In this document: in pieces, positions 8,647 through 18,950 of the stretch
Position numbering within the stretch: the first letter of the stretch is position 1
Layout: each line of letters begins with the position of its first letter
Source of the DNA: Pseudomonadota bacterium
GTDB taxonomy: Bacteria > Pseudomonadota > Gammaproteobacteria > JAKAQQ01
DNA: 64,000 nt
Assembly: GCA_021810635.1 (NCBI GenBank)
Contig: JAJZIH010000010.1
Coordinates: 5,098-69,097 of the forward strand
Direction of reading: 5' to 3'
Position numbers and translations under genes: made by a program
The notes under the pieces: generated by a model
Database searches by the model: none
What the model saw: the letters and a program-made list of their open reading frames with translations, nothing else
What the model was told of the DNA's origin: nothing

Positions 8647-11600
8647 GTGCGGTTTACCGATCTGTTCATCCGCCGGCCGGTCCTCGCGACCGCCCTCAAC
8701 CTTGTTGTTCTGATCCTGGGGTTGCGAGCTTGGACGGGCATGACCGTCGAGGAGTATCCGCCCGTCACCAGCACGCTCATCACCGTGACCACCGCCTATC
8801 CCGGTGCCGATCCCCGGACGATCCAGGGTTTCGTGACAGCACGTCTGGAACAAGCCATCGCCCAGGCACCGGGCATTGACTACATGACGGCGGTCAGTGC
8901 CGAAGGGCTTTCGACCGAAACCGTCTACATGAAGCTCAACTACAACCCCAATGCGGCGGTGGCCCAGATCCTCTCCAAGGTTCAGCAGGTACAAAACCAG
9001 CTTCCTCCAGGGACCCTGTCTCCGGTCATCAATGAGACGGTCGGGGACCAGACCGCCCTGATCTACCTGTCCTTCTACAGCCGGACGCTCAATCAGCAGA
9101 AAGTCAATGACTATGTCCTGCGCGTGGCCCAGCCGATGATTCAGGGGGTGCCGGGAGTGGGCGAGGCCCAGATCGTCCCAGCCGGGACCGGACCGAGCGG
9201 GAACAGTTTCGTGTTGCGGGCCTGGCTCAATCCGAACCGCATGGCAGCGCTCGGCATCTCTCCGGCCATGGTTTCGGCTGCCCTGGCGAGCAACAATTTC
9301 ATCAGTACGGTCGGGAGAACCAAGTCCGGCGGGGTTGCACAGATCATCAGTGCCGAGACCTCGATCAACAATGTGAATGCCTTCAAACAGCTGGTTGTCG
9401 CCCAAGTGGGCAGCACGCTGATCCATCTGTCGGACATTGCCCGGGTCACCCTGGGTGCCCAAAATTACAATCAGGCGGTCTTTTACAACGGTACGCCGGC
9501 CGTCTTCATCGGCGTCTTCCCGTCGCCTGGCGCCAACAGCCTGACCGTTGCCGATGGGGTTCACCGGGCGTTTGCCCGCATGAAAAGAAACTTGCCTCCG
9601 GGGATCCATGTGGCCATTCCCTATGATGGCAGTCGTTTTATCGTCGAATCCGTCCACGAGGTGATGGTCACGATCGCCATCACGCTCGCCATTGTCGTTG
9701 TGGTGATCTTCCTGTTTTTAGGGTCGCTCCGCTCCCTGACCATCCCGGCGGTCGCCATTCCGCTTTCGATCATCGGTGCGGGCATTTTCATGTCCCTCGC
9801 TGGATATTCGGTCAACCTGCTCACCCTTCTGGCCGTCGTGCTCGCGATCGGCCTCGTTGTCGACGATGCCATCATTGTCGTGGAGAACATTCATCGGCTG
9901 ATGGAAACCGGCCTATCGGCACGGGAAGCCGCCCTGCAGGGCGCGCGCGAACTGTCCTCACCGATCCTCGTCATGGCCACAACGCTGGCGGCGGTTTTCG
10001 CGCCGATCGGGCTGACCGGGGGACTTACGGGTACCCTGTTTTCGCAGTTTGCCTTTACCCTGGTTTTTGCCGTGGCGGTTTCCGCTCTGGTGGCCCTCAC
10101 GCTTTCGCCGGTGCTGTCGTCGAAAGTCCTGCGCCCGGCCAAAAGCCATGGTTTCGCCCACTGGACGGACGCCACCTTTGAGCGGTTCCGCAAGACCTAT
10201 GTCCGTTCACTGGAAATCGTCATCGAGTATCGGGCCGCGCTTCTGATCGTGATTGTGGCCATCCTGGTCGCGATCCCGGTTTTTTTCCTGAATATCCCGT
10301 CTGAATTGGCGCCGACCGAAGACCAGGGTCTCTTGCTGGTCGCGGCCACGGCCCCGCCGACCGCGACTTTGCATTACCTCAATCACTATGCCGCCCAGAT
10401 CCGGGCCGTTTTCCAGTCGTTTCCAGAAACCAAGCAGGTTTTTCAGATCAATGGCATCTCCCTGACCGGCGGGGCCGGCAACAACGCCAGTGTCAATGGC
10501 ATGAAACTGGTCAGCTGGCAGGATCGCTCGAAAACACAGATGCAGCTTCTGGCCCCCCTGCAGGCCAAACTCAACCGGTTGACGGGCGTTCAGGCGGCGG
10601 CCTTCCAAAAACCGACGCTCCCGGGCTCGCCGACCGGCTTTCCGGTTCAGTTTGTTTTGACCTCGAGCGGGTCGTACCTGACGCTCGACCACCTAGCCTC
10701 GGAAATGATCGGCCGGGCCATGCAAAGCCACCTGTTCCTGTTTTTGACCAAGGATCTGCGGTATGACAATCCGCAGATCCAGCTCAGGATCCACCGCAAC
10801 TTGGCGGCCAGCATGGGAATCACCATGGCTGATCTGAGCGATAACCTGAGCCCGTTGCTCAGTGGCAACTATGTCAACCGTTTCAACCTGAACGGACGCA
10901 GTTACAAGGTCATTCCCCAGGTGCCGGACCGCTACCGGGCGTATCCGAACATGCTGAAACGCTACTACGTCCCCACCGGGTCGGGAGCACTGGTCCCCCT
11001 GTCGACACTGGTTTCGGTCCATAGGGTGACCGAACCTGAGTTTCTACCCCAGTTCCAGCAGCTGAATTCCACGACTGTGGAAGGCGTCATGGCCCCAGGG
11101 GTGACTCTGGGCCAGGCCCTGTCCTACCTCCGGACCCTTGCCCACCAGATCCTGCCGCGGGGGTTCAGCTACGATTACGCCGGATTGTCCAGACAATTCA
11201 TGCAGGAGGGCAATGCCTTCCTGGTGACCTTTCTTCTCGCGGTGATTCTGGTATACCTCCTGCTGGCCATGCAGTTCGAGAGTTTCCGGGATCCGCTGGT
11301 TGTCATGATCACCGTTCCCATGGCCATTTCGGGTGCACTCGTCTTCATGTATTACGGGGCGGCCACGATCAACATCTATACGGAAGTAGGGCTCGTCACC
11401 CTGATCGGCCTGATCACGAAACAAGGGATTCTGATCGTCCAGTTCGCCAATACGATCCAGGAAAACGAGGGGCTCGACCGCAGCCGGGCGGTTGTCCAGG
11501 CATCGAGCATCCGCCTACGTCCGATTCTGATGACCACGGGTGCAATGGTCTTTGGTGCGGTCCCGCTGATTCTCGCGGTCGGCCCGGGCGCTGTCAGTCG

Positions 11601-11718
11601 CTTCGACATGGGATTGGTGATTGCGGCCGGACTCTCCATCGGGGCCCTGTTTTCACTTTACGTCGTCCCCGTTTTTTATTCCTACCTGGCGACGGCCAAG
11701 TCGCGCGAGGTCCACTGA
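8647..11718 (+). CDS. RND efflux permease (MexW/MexI-like)
   Basis: FTDLFIRRPVLA, GLVVDDAIIVVEN, RLRPILMTT; 1023 aa. Confidence 0.96.
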   Translation: MRFTDLFIRRPVLATALNLVVLILGLRAWTGMTVEEYPPVTSTLITVTTAYPGADPRTIQGFVTARLEQAIAQAPGIDYMTAVSAEGLSTETVYMKLNYNPNAAVAQILSKVQQVQNQLPPGTLSPVINETVGDQTALIYLSFYSRTLNQQKVNDYVLRVAQPMIQGVPGVGEAQIVPAGTGPSGNSFVLRAWLNPNRMAALGISPAMVSAALASNNFISTVGRTKSGGVAQIISAETSINNVNAFKQLVVAQVGSTLIHLSDIARVTLGAQNYNQAVFYNGTPAVFIGVFPSPGANSLTVADGVHRAFARMKRNLPPGIHVAIPYDGSRFIVESVHEVMVTIAITLAIVVVVIFLFLGSLRSLTIPAVAIPLSIIGAGIFMSLAGYSVNLLTLLAVVLAIGLVVDDAIIVVENIHRLMETGLSAREAALQGARELSSPILVMATTLAAVFAPIGLTGGLTGTLFSQFAFTLVFAVAVSALVALTLSPVLSSKVLRPAKSHGFAHWTDATFERFRKTYVRSLEIVIEYRAALLIVIVAILVAIPVFFLNIPSELAPTEDQGLLLVAATAPPTATLHYLNHYAAQIRAVFQSFPETKQVFQINGISLTGGAGNNASVNGMKLVSWQDRSKTQMQLLAPLQAKLNRLTGVQAAAFQKPTLPGSPTGFPVQFVLTSSGSYLTLDHLASEMIGRAMQSHLFLFLTKDLRYDNPQIQLRIHRNLAASMGITMADLSDNLSPLLSGNYVNRFNLNGRSYKVIPQVPDRYRAYPNMLKRYYVPTGSGALVPLSTLVSVHRVTEPEFLPQFQQLNSTTVEGVMAPGVTLGQALSYLRTLAHQILPRGFSYDYAGLSRQFMQEGNAFLVTFLLAVILVYLLLAMQFESFRDPLVVMITVPMAISGALVFMYYGAATINIYTEVGLVTLIGLITKQGILIVQFANTIQENEGLDRSRAVVQASSIRLRPILMTTGAMVFGAVPLILAVGPGAVSRFDMGLVIAAGLSIGALFSLYVVPVFYSYLATAKSREVH

Positions 11719-11754
11719 CCTGGATGGCGCCATCAGGCGCGTGCCGCGCGTTCC

Positions 11755-12645
11755 TCAGGGTCCGGGGAAGTGCCCGTTTTGGTAGTCCGTGAGGACCGTC
11801 TCCATTTCCTCTTGGCTGTTCGTGACAAAGGGCCCGTACTGGACGATGGGCTCCCCCAGTGGGTGGGCGGCCAGAAACAGGGCCCGGGCCCCATCGGGCC
11901 CCGCGAGACAGGTCACAGTCGGGCCCGGGGTGGTGATGATCAGCACGGATGACGGCACCCACCGGAAGGGCGGTACAGATCCGATCGCGAGACTCCCTTC
12001 ATAGGGGTACAGCACCGCCTGTTCATCCGGCCCGACCGTACAGGCAAAGACCGCTCCGGGCTGGAGTTCCAGATCCGCGAAACAAGGTTCCGTCACCGGG
12101 GAGGTCAGAGGTCCTCGGAGGACCCGGTCGCGCCAGATGACCTTCCCGGAGAGAATGCGGACCCGGCAGCCGGGGCCCCAGTCTCCGTCCGGAATCTCCC
12201 GTTTGCCAAGGTCCCGGTAGCTGGCCATCACCTGTTTTCTGGATCGCGGCAGGTTGATCCAGAGCTGGAACCCGCGCAGTCTGCCTTCCTGCTGCAGGGG
12301 CATTTCGGAATGCACAATGCCCCGTCCCGCGGTCATCCATTGGGCGCCACCCGACTCGAGGGTTCCCTGGTGCCCGAGATGATCCTCATGGCGGAGTTTT
12401 CCTTCCAGGAGATAGGTGACGGTCTCAAAGCCGCAGTGCGGATGCGAGGGAAATCCCGCGATGTATTCCTGGGGTTGGTCGGTGCCGAACTCATCAAGCA
12501 TCAGAAAGGGATCTGCGTAGAGCCCGGCGCGCTGACCGATGCTGCGGCGGATTTTGACGCCCGCTCCATCCCAGGTTTCGCGAGCGGGAAGCACCGAGCC
12601 GATGGCTCGCTGGGCGGCTTCGCTGCTTTCATGGCCCACGGTCAT
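11755..12645 (-). CDS. Pirin family protein
   Basis: DPFLMLDEF, HPHCGFETVTY, QWMTAGRGIVHSE, FQLWINLP, EPIVQYGPFV. Confidence 0.93.
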   Translation of the reverse strand: MTVGHESSEAAQRAIGSVLPARETWDGAGVKIRRSIGQRAGLYADPFLMLDEFGTDQPQEYIAGFPSHPHCGFETVTYLLEGKLRHEDHLGHQGTLESGGAQWMTAGRGIVHSEMPLQQEGRLRGFQLWINLPRSRKQVMASYRDLGKREIPDGDWGPGCRVRILSGKVIWRDRVLRGPLTSPVTEPCFADLELQPGAVFACTVGPDEQAVLYPYEGSLAIGSVPPFRWVPSSVLIITTPGPTVTCLAGPDGARALFLAAHPLGEPIVQYGPFVTNSQEEMETVLTDYQNGHFPGP

Positions 12646-12773
12646 GAGACATTCTAGCCGATTCGGTAAAGACCGCTGCAGACGGGATCGGCGCTCCTCA
12701 ATCCGCGTCATCAGGTAAAATTCCGGTGAAGCCCGATCCCGATTGCCATCCCCACCGCTCGACGGGGTTTGCC

Positions 12774-14093
12774 ATGCACCAAAACCCGAACGGAGAAAGA
12801 ATCCGTGTCCGTCCTGGGCATGGACTTCAGGTTCCCGCATTCCCGCTCATTCCATTCATTGAGGGAGATGGCATTGGGGCGGATATTGGACCCGTTTGCC
12901 GCAAGACGGTCGATACGGCCGTCCACCGGGCCTATGGGAACTCCCGTCGGCTCCTTTGGCATGAGGTTCTGGCCGGAGGAAGGGCCCGCAGCCGCGATCC
13001 CGGAGGGGACCTCCTGCCTCCGGCTACGCTCGATGCCTTGCGGGATGAGGTCGTATCCCTCAAAGGGCCACTCGCCACCCCGGTCGGGGAGGGCTGGCGG
13101 TCCCTCAATGTCACCATCCGGCAGGCACTCGATCTTTATGCCTGTGTGAGGCCCATCCGTTATTTTCCGGGAGTGACCAGTCCGGTGCGCCATCCGGAAT
13201 CCGTCGACATGATCGTGTTTCGGGAAAATACGGAGGATATCTATACCGGCATTGAATGGCCGGCGGGAAGCGATTCGGTCAGGAAGGTCTTGGGTTTCCT
13301 GGAGAAAGACATGGGGATTCCCAAGCCGCAGTTTGCGGAAACCATGGCCCTGGGCCTCAAGCCCGTCTCCCGGCAGGGATCCGAACGATTGATCCGGAAA
13401 GCGATCCAGGAGGCACTCCTTCGAGGACGACGGTCGGTGACCCTCGTGCACAAGGGGAACATCATGAAATACACGGAGGGTGGGTTTTGCCGCTGGGGGT
13501 ACGATCTGGCCGTGCGCGAGTTCGGGGCGGAGCCGCGTCAGGGGGCCCGGGGAGTCTGGATTCCCCGTCCGGCGGGTGGAACCGCCGTTCATCTGGAGGA
13601 CCTCATTGCCGATAATTTTTTTCAGCAGGCCCTCCTGAATCCGGGGCAGTACGATGTCATTGCCACGCTCAACCTGAATGGGGATTACCTGTCCGATGCG
13701 CTCGCCGCCCAGGTCGGCGGGATCGGAATTGCGCCCGGTGCCAACATCGGGGACGGCGTGGCTGTTTTTGAGGCCACCCATGGCACCGCGCCGGATCTGG
13801 CCGGGACCGATACGGCTAATCCCTGCTCGCTTTTGCTGTCCGCCGAGATGCTGTTGCGGTATATCGGCTGGATTGAGGCAGCCGACGGCCTGATGCGGGG
13901 CATCCGCGGTGCCCTTTCCCATGGTTTCTGGACGCCGGACCTGATTCATGGCGCCCGGGCCCTGCATGGACAGGGGGTCACACCGGGTTTGGTCAGCCAG
14001 TCGGAGACCGGTTTCCCGATCCATCCCGTGGGAACCCGGGGGATGGGAGAAGCCGTCTGCCTCTATATGGACGTTGAAGAAAACCTCAGGTAA
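12774..14093 (+). CDS. icd: Homodimeric isocitrate dehydrogenase (residues suggest NAD preference)
   Basis: FIEGDGIG, KGPLATPVG..RSLNV, FRENTED, VHKGNIMKYTEG, NLNGDYLSD, FEATHGTAP. Confidence 0.95.
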   Translation: MHQNPNGERIRVRPGHGLQVPAFPLIPFIEGDGIGADIGPVCRKTVDTAVHRAYGNSRRLLWHEVLAGGRARSRDPGGDLLPPATLDALRDEVVSLKGPLATPVGEGWRSLNVTIRQALDLYACVRPIRYFPGVTSPVRHPESVDMIVFRENTEDIYTGIEWPAGSDSVRKVLGFLEKDMGIPKPQFAETMALGLKPVSRQGSERLIRKAIQEALLRGRRSVTLVHKGNIMKYTEGGFCRWGYDLAVREFGAEPRQGARGVWIPRPAGGTAVHLEDLIADNFFQQALLNPGQYDVIATLNLNGDYLSDALAAQVGGIGIAPGANIGDGVAVFEATHGTAPDLAGTDTANPCSLLLSAEMLLRYIGWIEAADGLMRGIRGALSHGFWTPDLIHGARALHGQGVTPGLVSQSETGFPIHPVGTRGMGEAVCLYMDVEENLR

Positions 14094-14131
14094 GGTAGAA
14101 GGCGAGCCGGTGTCAGCGAAGTGACGTGCGA

Positions 14132-14806
14132 ATGGTCCCCATCCGTGTTCTCCTGATTGACGATCAACAGCTCATCCGGGCCGGCGTCCGCCGGATCCTC
14201 GGGGAATGCCGTGAGATCGAGGTCGTGGGGGAGGCCGCCACGGGTGAGGAGGGGCTGGCCCAGGCGAGACGGCTCCGGTGCGATGTGGTCCTGATGGACA
14301 TTCATATGCCGGGCATCGGTGGGCTCGAGGCCACCCGGAGACTCAAAACGCTCAACCCCCCTCCCGCGGTGATCGCGCTTTCCGTTTCCGGACAGGAGCC
14401 TTATCCGAGTCACCTGTTCGCGGCCGGGGCCGAAGGGTATCTCAGCAAGGACTGTGCCTCGGACGAGGTGGTGGAGGCGGTCCTGGCGGTTCGGTCGGGA
14501 AAGCGCTACATCAGCCGGGATGTGGCACAGGATTATGCGCTCTCCCATGCGGTGGCGGCCCCGGCAGGTGCCTCGACACTGAGCTTGAGCTGTCGGGAAA
14601 CGGAGATTCTCACCCTGACCTGCCAGGGTCGGAACACCAAGGATATCGGCAATCTCCTGCATATCAGCCCGGCCACGGTCCGTACCTATCGGCATCGGAT
14701 CTACGGAAAACTGGGCGTCCGGACTTCCGTGGAGCTTTTGCGCGAGGCCTGGAACCACGGGCTGATTCCGGACGAACCGGGTACCGAACCGCCGTTGGCC
14801 CGCTGA
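14132..14806 (+). CDS. uvrY: UvrY/GacA-type NarL-family response regulator
   Basis: REC domain (LIDDQ, VLMDIHMPG) plus LuxR HTH (TVRTYRHRIYGKLG); canonical position upstream of uvrC. Confidence 0.85.
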   Translation: MVPIRVLLIDDQQLIRAGVRRILGECREIEVVGEAATGEEGLAQARRLRCDVVLMDIHMPGIGGLEATRRLKTLNPPPAVIALSVSGQEPYPSHLFAAGAEGYLSKDCASDEVVEAVLAVRSGKRYISRDVAQDYALSHAVAAPAGASTLSLSCRETEILTLTCQGRNTKDIGNLLHISPATVRTYRHRIYGKLGVRTSVELLREAWNHGLIPDEPGTEPPLAR

Positions 14807-14807
14807 C

Positions 14808-16238
14808 GTGCCTTTTCTCCAGAACCGTACTCGGGCACCGGATTTCCCTTCGGATGGCGTTTGGTTCAATGTGCCACGGCCAGTCCGCCTCGAGGATTGC
14901 CGGGGGCGGATCGTCCTCCTCGATTTCTGGACGTATTGCTGCATCAACTGCTTGCATATTCTTCCCGACCTTCGCTTCCTGGAAGCCGCGTATGGGGATC
15001 GCCTGCTTATCATCGGCATCCATTCTCCCAAGTTCACCCAGGAAAAAAAGAATGAGCAGGTGGGTTTGGCGATCCACCGCCATGACATCCGGCATGCGGT
15101 CTTTCACGACGCGTCCATGCATCTTTGGCAGGCCTACGGGGTACATGCCTGGCCGACCCTGGTGTTACTGGACGACCAGGGTCGCTTGGCCTTTGCAACC
15201 TCCGGCGAGGGGCAGCGCGGTGTCCTCAAGGCCGCCATCGACCAGCTTCTGGCCGAGGTGAAAGAGCCCCGGGCCACGGGTTTCCTCGAGCCGGAAACCG
15301 CTCCGCAGACCGGCCGGCTGCGCTTCCCTGCCAAGCTGGCTTGGGGAGAGGATCAGCTGTGGATTGCCGACACGGGACATCATCAGATCGTGGGGGTCGA
15401 TTCCAGAGGTTGCGAAACCCGGCGGTGGGGGAGAGGCCAGGCGGGTTTTTCGGACGGAACCGGGGATTCCGCCTGTTTCAACGAACCCCGGGGTCTCGCC
15501 ATCGACCACCAGCTGGTTTGGATCGCGGATACCGGCAATCACGCGTTGCGCGTCCTCGACCTGAAAAAAGGAGAGATCCGGACCGTTCTGGGCGACGGGA
15601 CCCAGGCCGGGGACCGGCTGAGCCCCGATGCGCCCAGGCCCATCCCGTCAGGGACGCGCCTCAACTCTCCATGGGATCTCGTGATCCGGGAGCGGATGCT
15701 TTACATGGCCATGGCGGGGTCCCATCAGATCTGGAGTTTCCATCCGGATCACGGAACGGGAGGAGTACTGGCCGGGACGGGACAGGAAGCACTCACCGAC
15801 GGTTCTTACGAAGAAGCCGCATTTGCTCAGCCCTCGGGATTGGGCGGGGGTGCCAAGCCTGAACTCTATGTGGCCGATTCGGAGAGTTCCGCGATTCGGT
15901 GCCTGGATACTGTGAACCGCCGCGTGACGACCCTCATGGGGCGGGGACTTTTTGACTTCGGCGACCGCAACGGGGGACTCCGGACCGCCCGGCTGCAGCA
16001 TCCCATGGGCGTTGCGCAGATCGGCGACAAGATCTGGATCGCCGACTCCTACAATTCGAAAATCAAGATCCTGGACCCCGGGAAAGGGAAAATCCGCAGT
16101 TTGTCCATCGGTGAGGCACTGAACGAACCCGAAGCAATTCTCGCCACCCCATGGGGGATTTTCGTAGCGGACACGAATCACCACCGTATTCTGCGCATCG
16201 ATCCGGAACGGGAATCGGCCCAGCTTTTTTATGGCTGA
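14808..16238 (+). CDS. Thioredoxin-like plus NHL-repeat beta-propeller protein (NHLRC2/SOQ1-like)
   Basis: LLDFWTYCCINC, GIHSPKF, AWPTLVL; repeated IADTGHH/IADTGNH/VADSESS/IADSYNS/VADTNHH blades; LNSPWDL..AMAGSHQIW. Confidence 0.92.
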   Translation: MPFLQNRTRAPDFPSDGVWFNVPRPVRLEDCRGRIVLLDFWTYCCINCLHILPDLRFLEAAYGDRLLIIGIHSPKFTQEKKNEQVGLAIHRHDIRHAVFHDASMHLWQAYGVHAWPTLVLLDDQGRLAFATSGEGQRGVLKAAIDQLLAEVKEPRATGFLEPETAPQTGRLRFPAKLAWGEDQLWIADTGHHQIVGVDSRGCETRRWGRGQAGFSDGTGDSACFNEPRGLAIDHQLVWIADTGNHALRVLDLKKGEIRTVLGDGTQAGDRLSPDAPRPIPSGTRLNSPWDLVIRERMLYMAMAGSHQIWSFHPDHGTGGVLAGTGQEALTDGSYEEAAFAQPSGLGGGAKPELYVADSESSAIRCLDTVNRRVTTLMGRGLFDFGDRNGGLRTARLQHPMGVAQIGDKIWIADSYNSKIKILDPGKGKIRSLSIGEALNEPEAILATPWGIFVADTNHHRILRIDPERESAQLFYG

Positions 16239-18111
16239 ACGGAGCCGCCCCGATCCCGCCAACCCCCTTGGGAAAAACCGCATCGATCCCCTGCGGGAAG
16301 CGATGGCCTACGCCCCCGAAACCCCGGGAGTGTATCGGATGTATGGCCGCAACGGGGTTCTCCTGTACGTGGGGAAGGCCAAGAGCCTGCGGCAACGCCT
16401 CAGGAGTTACCTGGATCCTGTCCGTTCGGGAATCAAAACCCGGAGAATGCTCGAGCAGGTGGTGGAAATCGATTTCACGGTGACGCCGACCGAGGTCGAT
16501 GCCCTGTTGCTGGAAAGCAATCTCATCAAGCACGCGCGCCCGCGTTACAACATTGTCCTCCGCGACGACAAAAGTTATCCGTACATCCGGATCGATGACT
16601 CACTGGGTTTCCCGCGCCTGGTTTTCCACCGGGGGCGGCACTCCGCTGACGGGCGGCTGTTGGGCCCCTATCCGGATGCCGGAACGGTCCGGAAGACGCT
16701 CCTGGACCTCCAGAAGCTTTTTCACTTCCGGAACTGTTCGGACCTGTTTTTCAGGAACCGGGAACGGCCTTGCCTGCAGCATCAGATCGGCCGCTGCTCA
16801 GCTCCGTGCGTGGGCCGGATCAGCGAGGCCGATTACCGGCGGGACTTCAACGATGCACTGGAAGTCCTCGAAGGACGGGGTCGGGCCCTTGTGGACCGCC
16901 TTTATGTCCGCATGCAGGAGTGTGCGGAGGCACTGGACTATGAGGGCGCTTCCGCATTCCGTGATCTGATCACCCGTCTGCGCCAGGTCCGCGAACAGGA
17001 TTCGATCGTGACGGACACGGGTGATGTCGACGTGATCCTGGCCGAATCCCGGAAAGGTTTGCACGGTGTCGGAGTGACCCGGATCCGGGAAGGGAAGAAC
17101 CTTGGCACCTGGTGTTTCTTCCCCGTGGTCGAGGATCTCGTCGAAACGGGTGATCTCCTGGCGGGTTTTTTGATCCAGTTTTATGAGGAGGAGATCCCCG
17201 CACACATCCTGCTGGAAATCGCTTTTGAACTGGACGAAGCCCGGGTACTGGAGACGGCGCTTGAAAAGCGATCGGGGCATCCAGTGCGTTTGGGTGGGCC
17301 CAGGACCCATGCCGCCCAACTCTGGACTGAAATGACCCGGCAGAACCTGAAGATGGCGCTGGACCGCCGGGTCGCGGGCCATGTCCTCCTGCAGGAACGG
17401 TTCCAGGCTCTGAGTGAGCGGCTGGAATCGTCGGAACCGATCCAGCGGATTGTGGGTTTCGACGTCAGCCACACGCTCGGTGAGGAAACGGTCGCGAGTT
17501 GCGTGGTCTTCGAACCCACGGGCCCGGTGAAAGCGGATTACCGGCGGTTTGTGATCCGGGCGCGGACGGCCGGGGATGACTACGCGGCGCTGGATGAGGC
17601 CATCACCCGATATTTTAAGCGCCTGGTCCGCGAATCGGGTCCCTGGCCCGACGTGGTTTTGATTGACGGCGGCATCGGCCAGTGGCGGGTTGCCGAACAG
17701 CGTCTTTCTGGCCTTGGGGTGCCCAACCTCACGGTACTGGCCATCGCCAAAGGTCCCGAGCGGCGGGTGGGCGCGGAACGGATTCTCCGGCAGGGGGGAC
17801 AGCCGGCAGAGCGATGGGAAGCCCATGACCCGGCTTTTCACCTTCTCCAGCAGATTCGTGACGAGTCCCACCGCTTTGCGATCGGGGGACACCGGCGCCG
17901 GCGGACCGCGAAAGGGATGCGTTCGTCACTGGCGGGCATCCCCGGCCTGGGACCCAAAAGACGGGGTTTGCTGTTGGCTGCCTTCGGGGGGCTCTCGAGC
18001 CTGGAGGCGGCCAGTGAATCCGAGATTGCCCGGGTCCCCGGTATTGGAAGCCCACTGGCCCACCGGATTTTCCTTCACTTCCATGCTGTGCCGAATCATG
18101 AAATTACCTAA
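16231..18111 (+). CDS. uvrC: Excinuclease ABC subunit C
   Basis: GIY-YIG (PGVYRM..LYVGKAKSLRQRLRSY), Cys cluster, LRDDKSYPY, FDVSH, IDGG, RDESHRFAI, HhH motifs. Confidence 0.97.
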   Translation: MAERSRPDPANPLGKNRIDPLREAMAYAPETPGVYRMYGRNGVLLYVGKAKSLRQRLRSYLDPVRSGIKTRRMLEQVVEIDFTVTPTEVDALLLESNLIKHARPRYNIVLRDDKSYPYIRIDDSLGFPRLVFHRGRHSADGRLLGPYPDAGTVRKTLLDLQKLFHFRNCSDLFFRNRERPCLQHQIGRCSAPCVGRISEADYRRDFNDALEVLEGRGRALVDRLYVRMQECAEALDYEGASAFRDLITRLRQVREQDSIVTDTGDVDVILAESRKGLHGVGVTRIREGKNLGTWCFFPVVEDLVETGDLLAGFLIQFYEEEIPAHILLEIAFELDEARVLETALEKRSGHPVRLGGPRTHAAQLWTEMTRQNLKMALDRRVAGHVLLQERFQALSERLESSEPIQRIVGFDVSHTLGEETVASCVVFEPTGPVKADYRRFVIRARTAGDDYAALDEAITRYFKRLVRESGPWPDVVLIDGGIGQWRVAEQRLSGLGVPNLTVLAIAKGPERRVGAERILRQGGQPAERWEAHDPAFHLLQQIRDESHRFAIGGHRRRRTAKGMRSSLAGIPGLGPKRRGLLLAAFGGLSSLEAASESEIARVPGIGSPLAHRIFLHFHAVPNHEIT

Positions 18112-18652
18112 TTTTCTGACCCTGTTGCGGGTGGTCCTCATTCCGGCCTTTGTGGCGGCCTTCTGGCTGCCCGTTCCGTTTGCCCATCTTTGGGGAGCAC
18201 TGATTTTTGCCTTGGCGGCGCTGACCGATTGGCTGGACGGATATCTCGCGAGGCGCCTGGGTCAAAACAGCCGTTTTGGCGTGCTCTTCGACCCCATTGC
18301 CGACAAGATGATGGTTTCCGCAGCGCTTCTGCTTCTGGTCCAGGAGTTTCCCTCCTGGTGGCTGGTCATCCCGGCCCTGGTCATCATCGGTCGGGAGATT
18401 ACGGTTTCCGGCCTGCGCGAATGGCTGGCGGCAGGACAGGAGCCGGTCCAGATCCCGGTCCGTCCGCTTGGGAAGATCAAAACGGTGCTGCAGATGCTGG
18501 CCCTCCTGATTCTTCTGGCCATCTTTCCCGGCTGGCGTTCCGTGAGCCTCCCCGTGGGACTCAGCCTGCTTTATCTGGCCTCCATGCTCACCATCCTCTC
18601 GGGCCTGCAGTACCTCTGGGCGGCCTGGCCCACGATTCGCAAGGGGTTTTAG
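18098..18652 (+). CDS. pgsA: CDP-diacylglycerol-glycerol-3-phosphate 3-phosphatidyltransferase
   Basis: LPNFLTLLR, TDWLDGYLAR..FG..FDPIADK, REITVSGLREW. Confidence 0.96.
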   Translation: MKLPNFLTLLRVVLIPAFVAAFWLPVPFAHLWGALIFALAALTDWLDGYLARRLGQNSRFGVLFDPIADKMMVSAALLLLVQEFPSWWLVIPALVIIGREITVSGLREWLAAGQEPVQIPVRPLGKIKTVLQMLALLILLAIFPGWRSVSLPVGLSLLYLASMLTILSGLQYLWAAWPTIRKGF

Positions 18653-18734
18653 GCTCGCCCGGATCCTTGGGATCGCATCCGTGACGGGCGTCCTGGGGCC
18701 GCCTGGAGGTCATATCGTATGCAGGTATCGTTTA

Positions 18735-18747
18735 TAACATATTGATT
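18735..18747 (-). promoter_or_regulatory. IHF consensus site (AATCAATATGTTA)
   Basis: Exact match to WATCAANNNNTTR in an AT-rich patch at the left edge of the accessory region. Confidence 0.5.
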
Positions 18748-18950
18748 ATTATTCTTTTTATAAAGAGCGGTCCGGGCGTTGACCTCGGCGTCTGGCCGCT
18801 GACGGATCGGGGCGAACTGCGCCGGGATGAGTGGAGTGCGCTTCCCGTGACTCCGGGGGCGGATGCCCCAAACCATGGAATGGCGGGCCGGCCCCCGTGC
18901 TGGTGTGTCCGCCGTAGAATACGCGGAGTGAATCGACGGGGGCCCTGACG

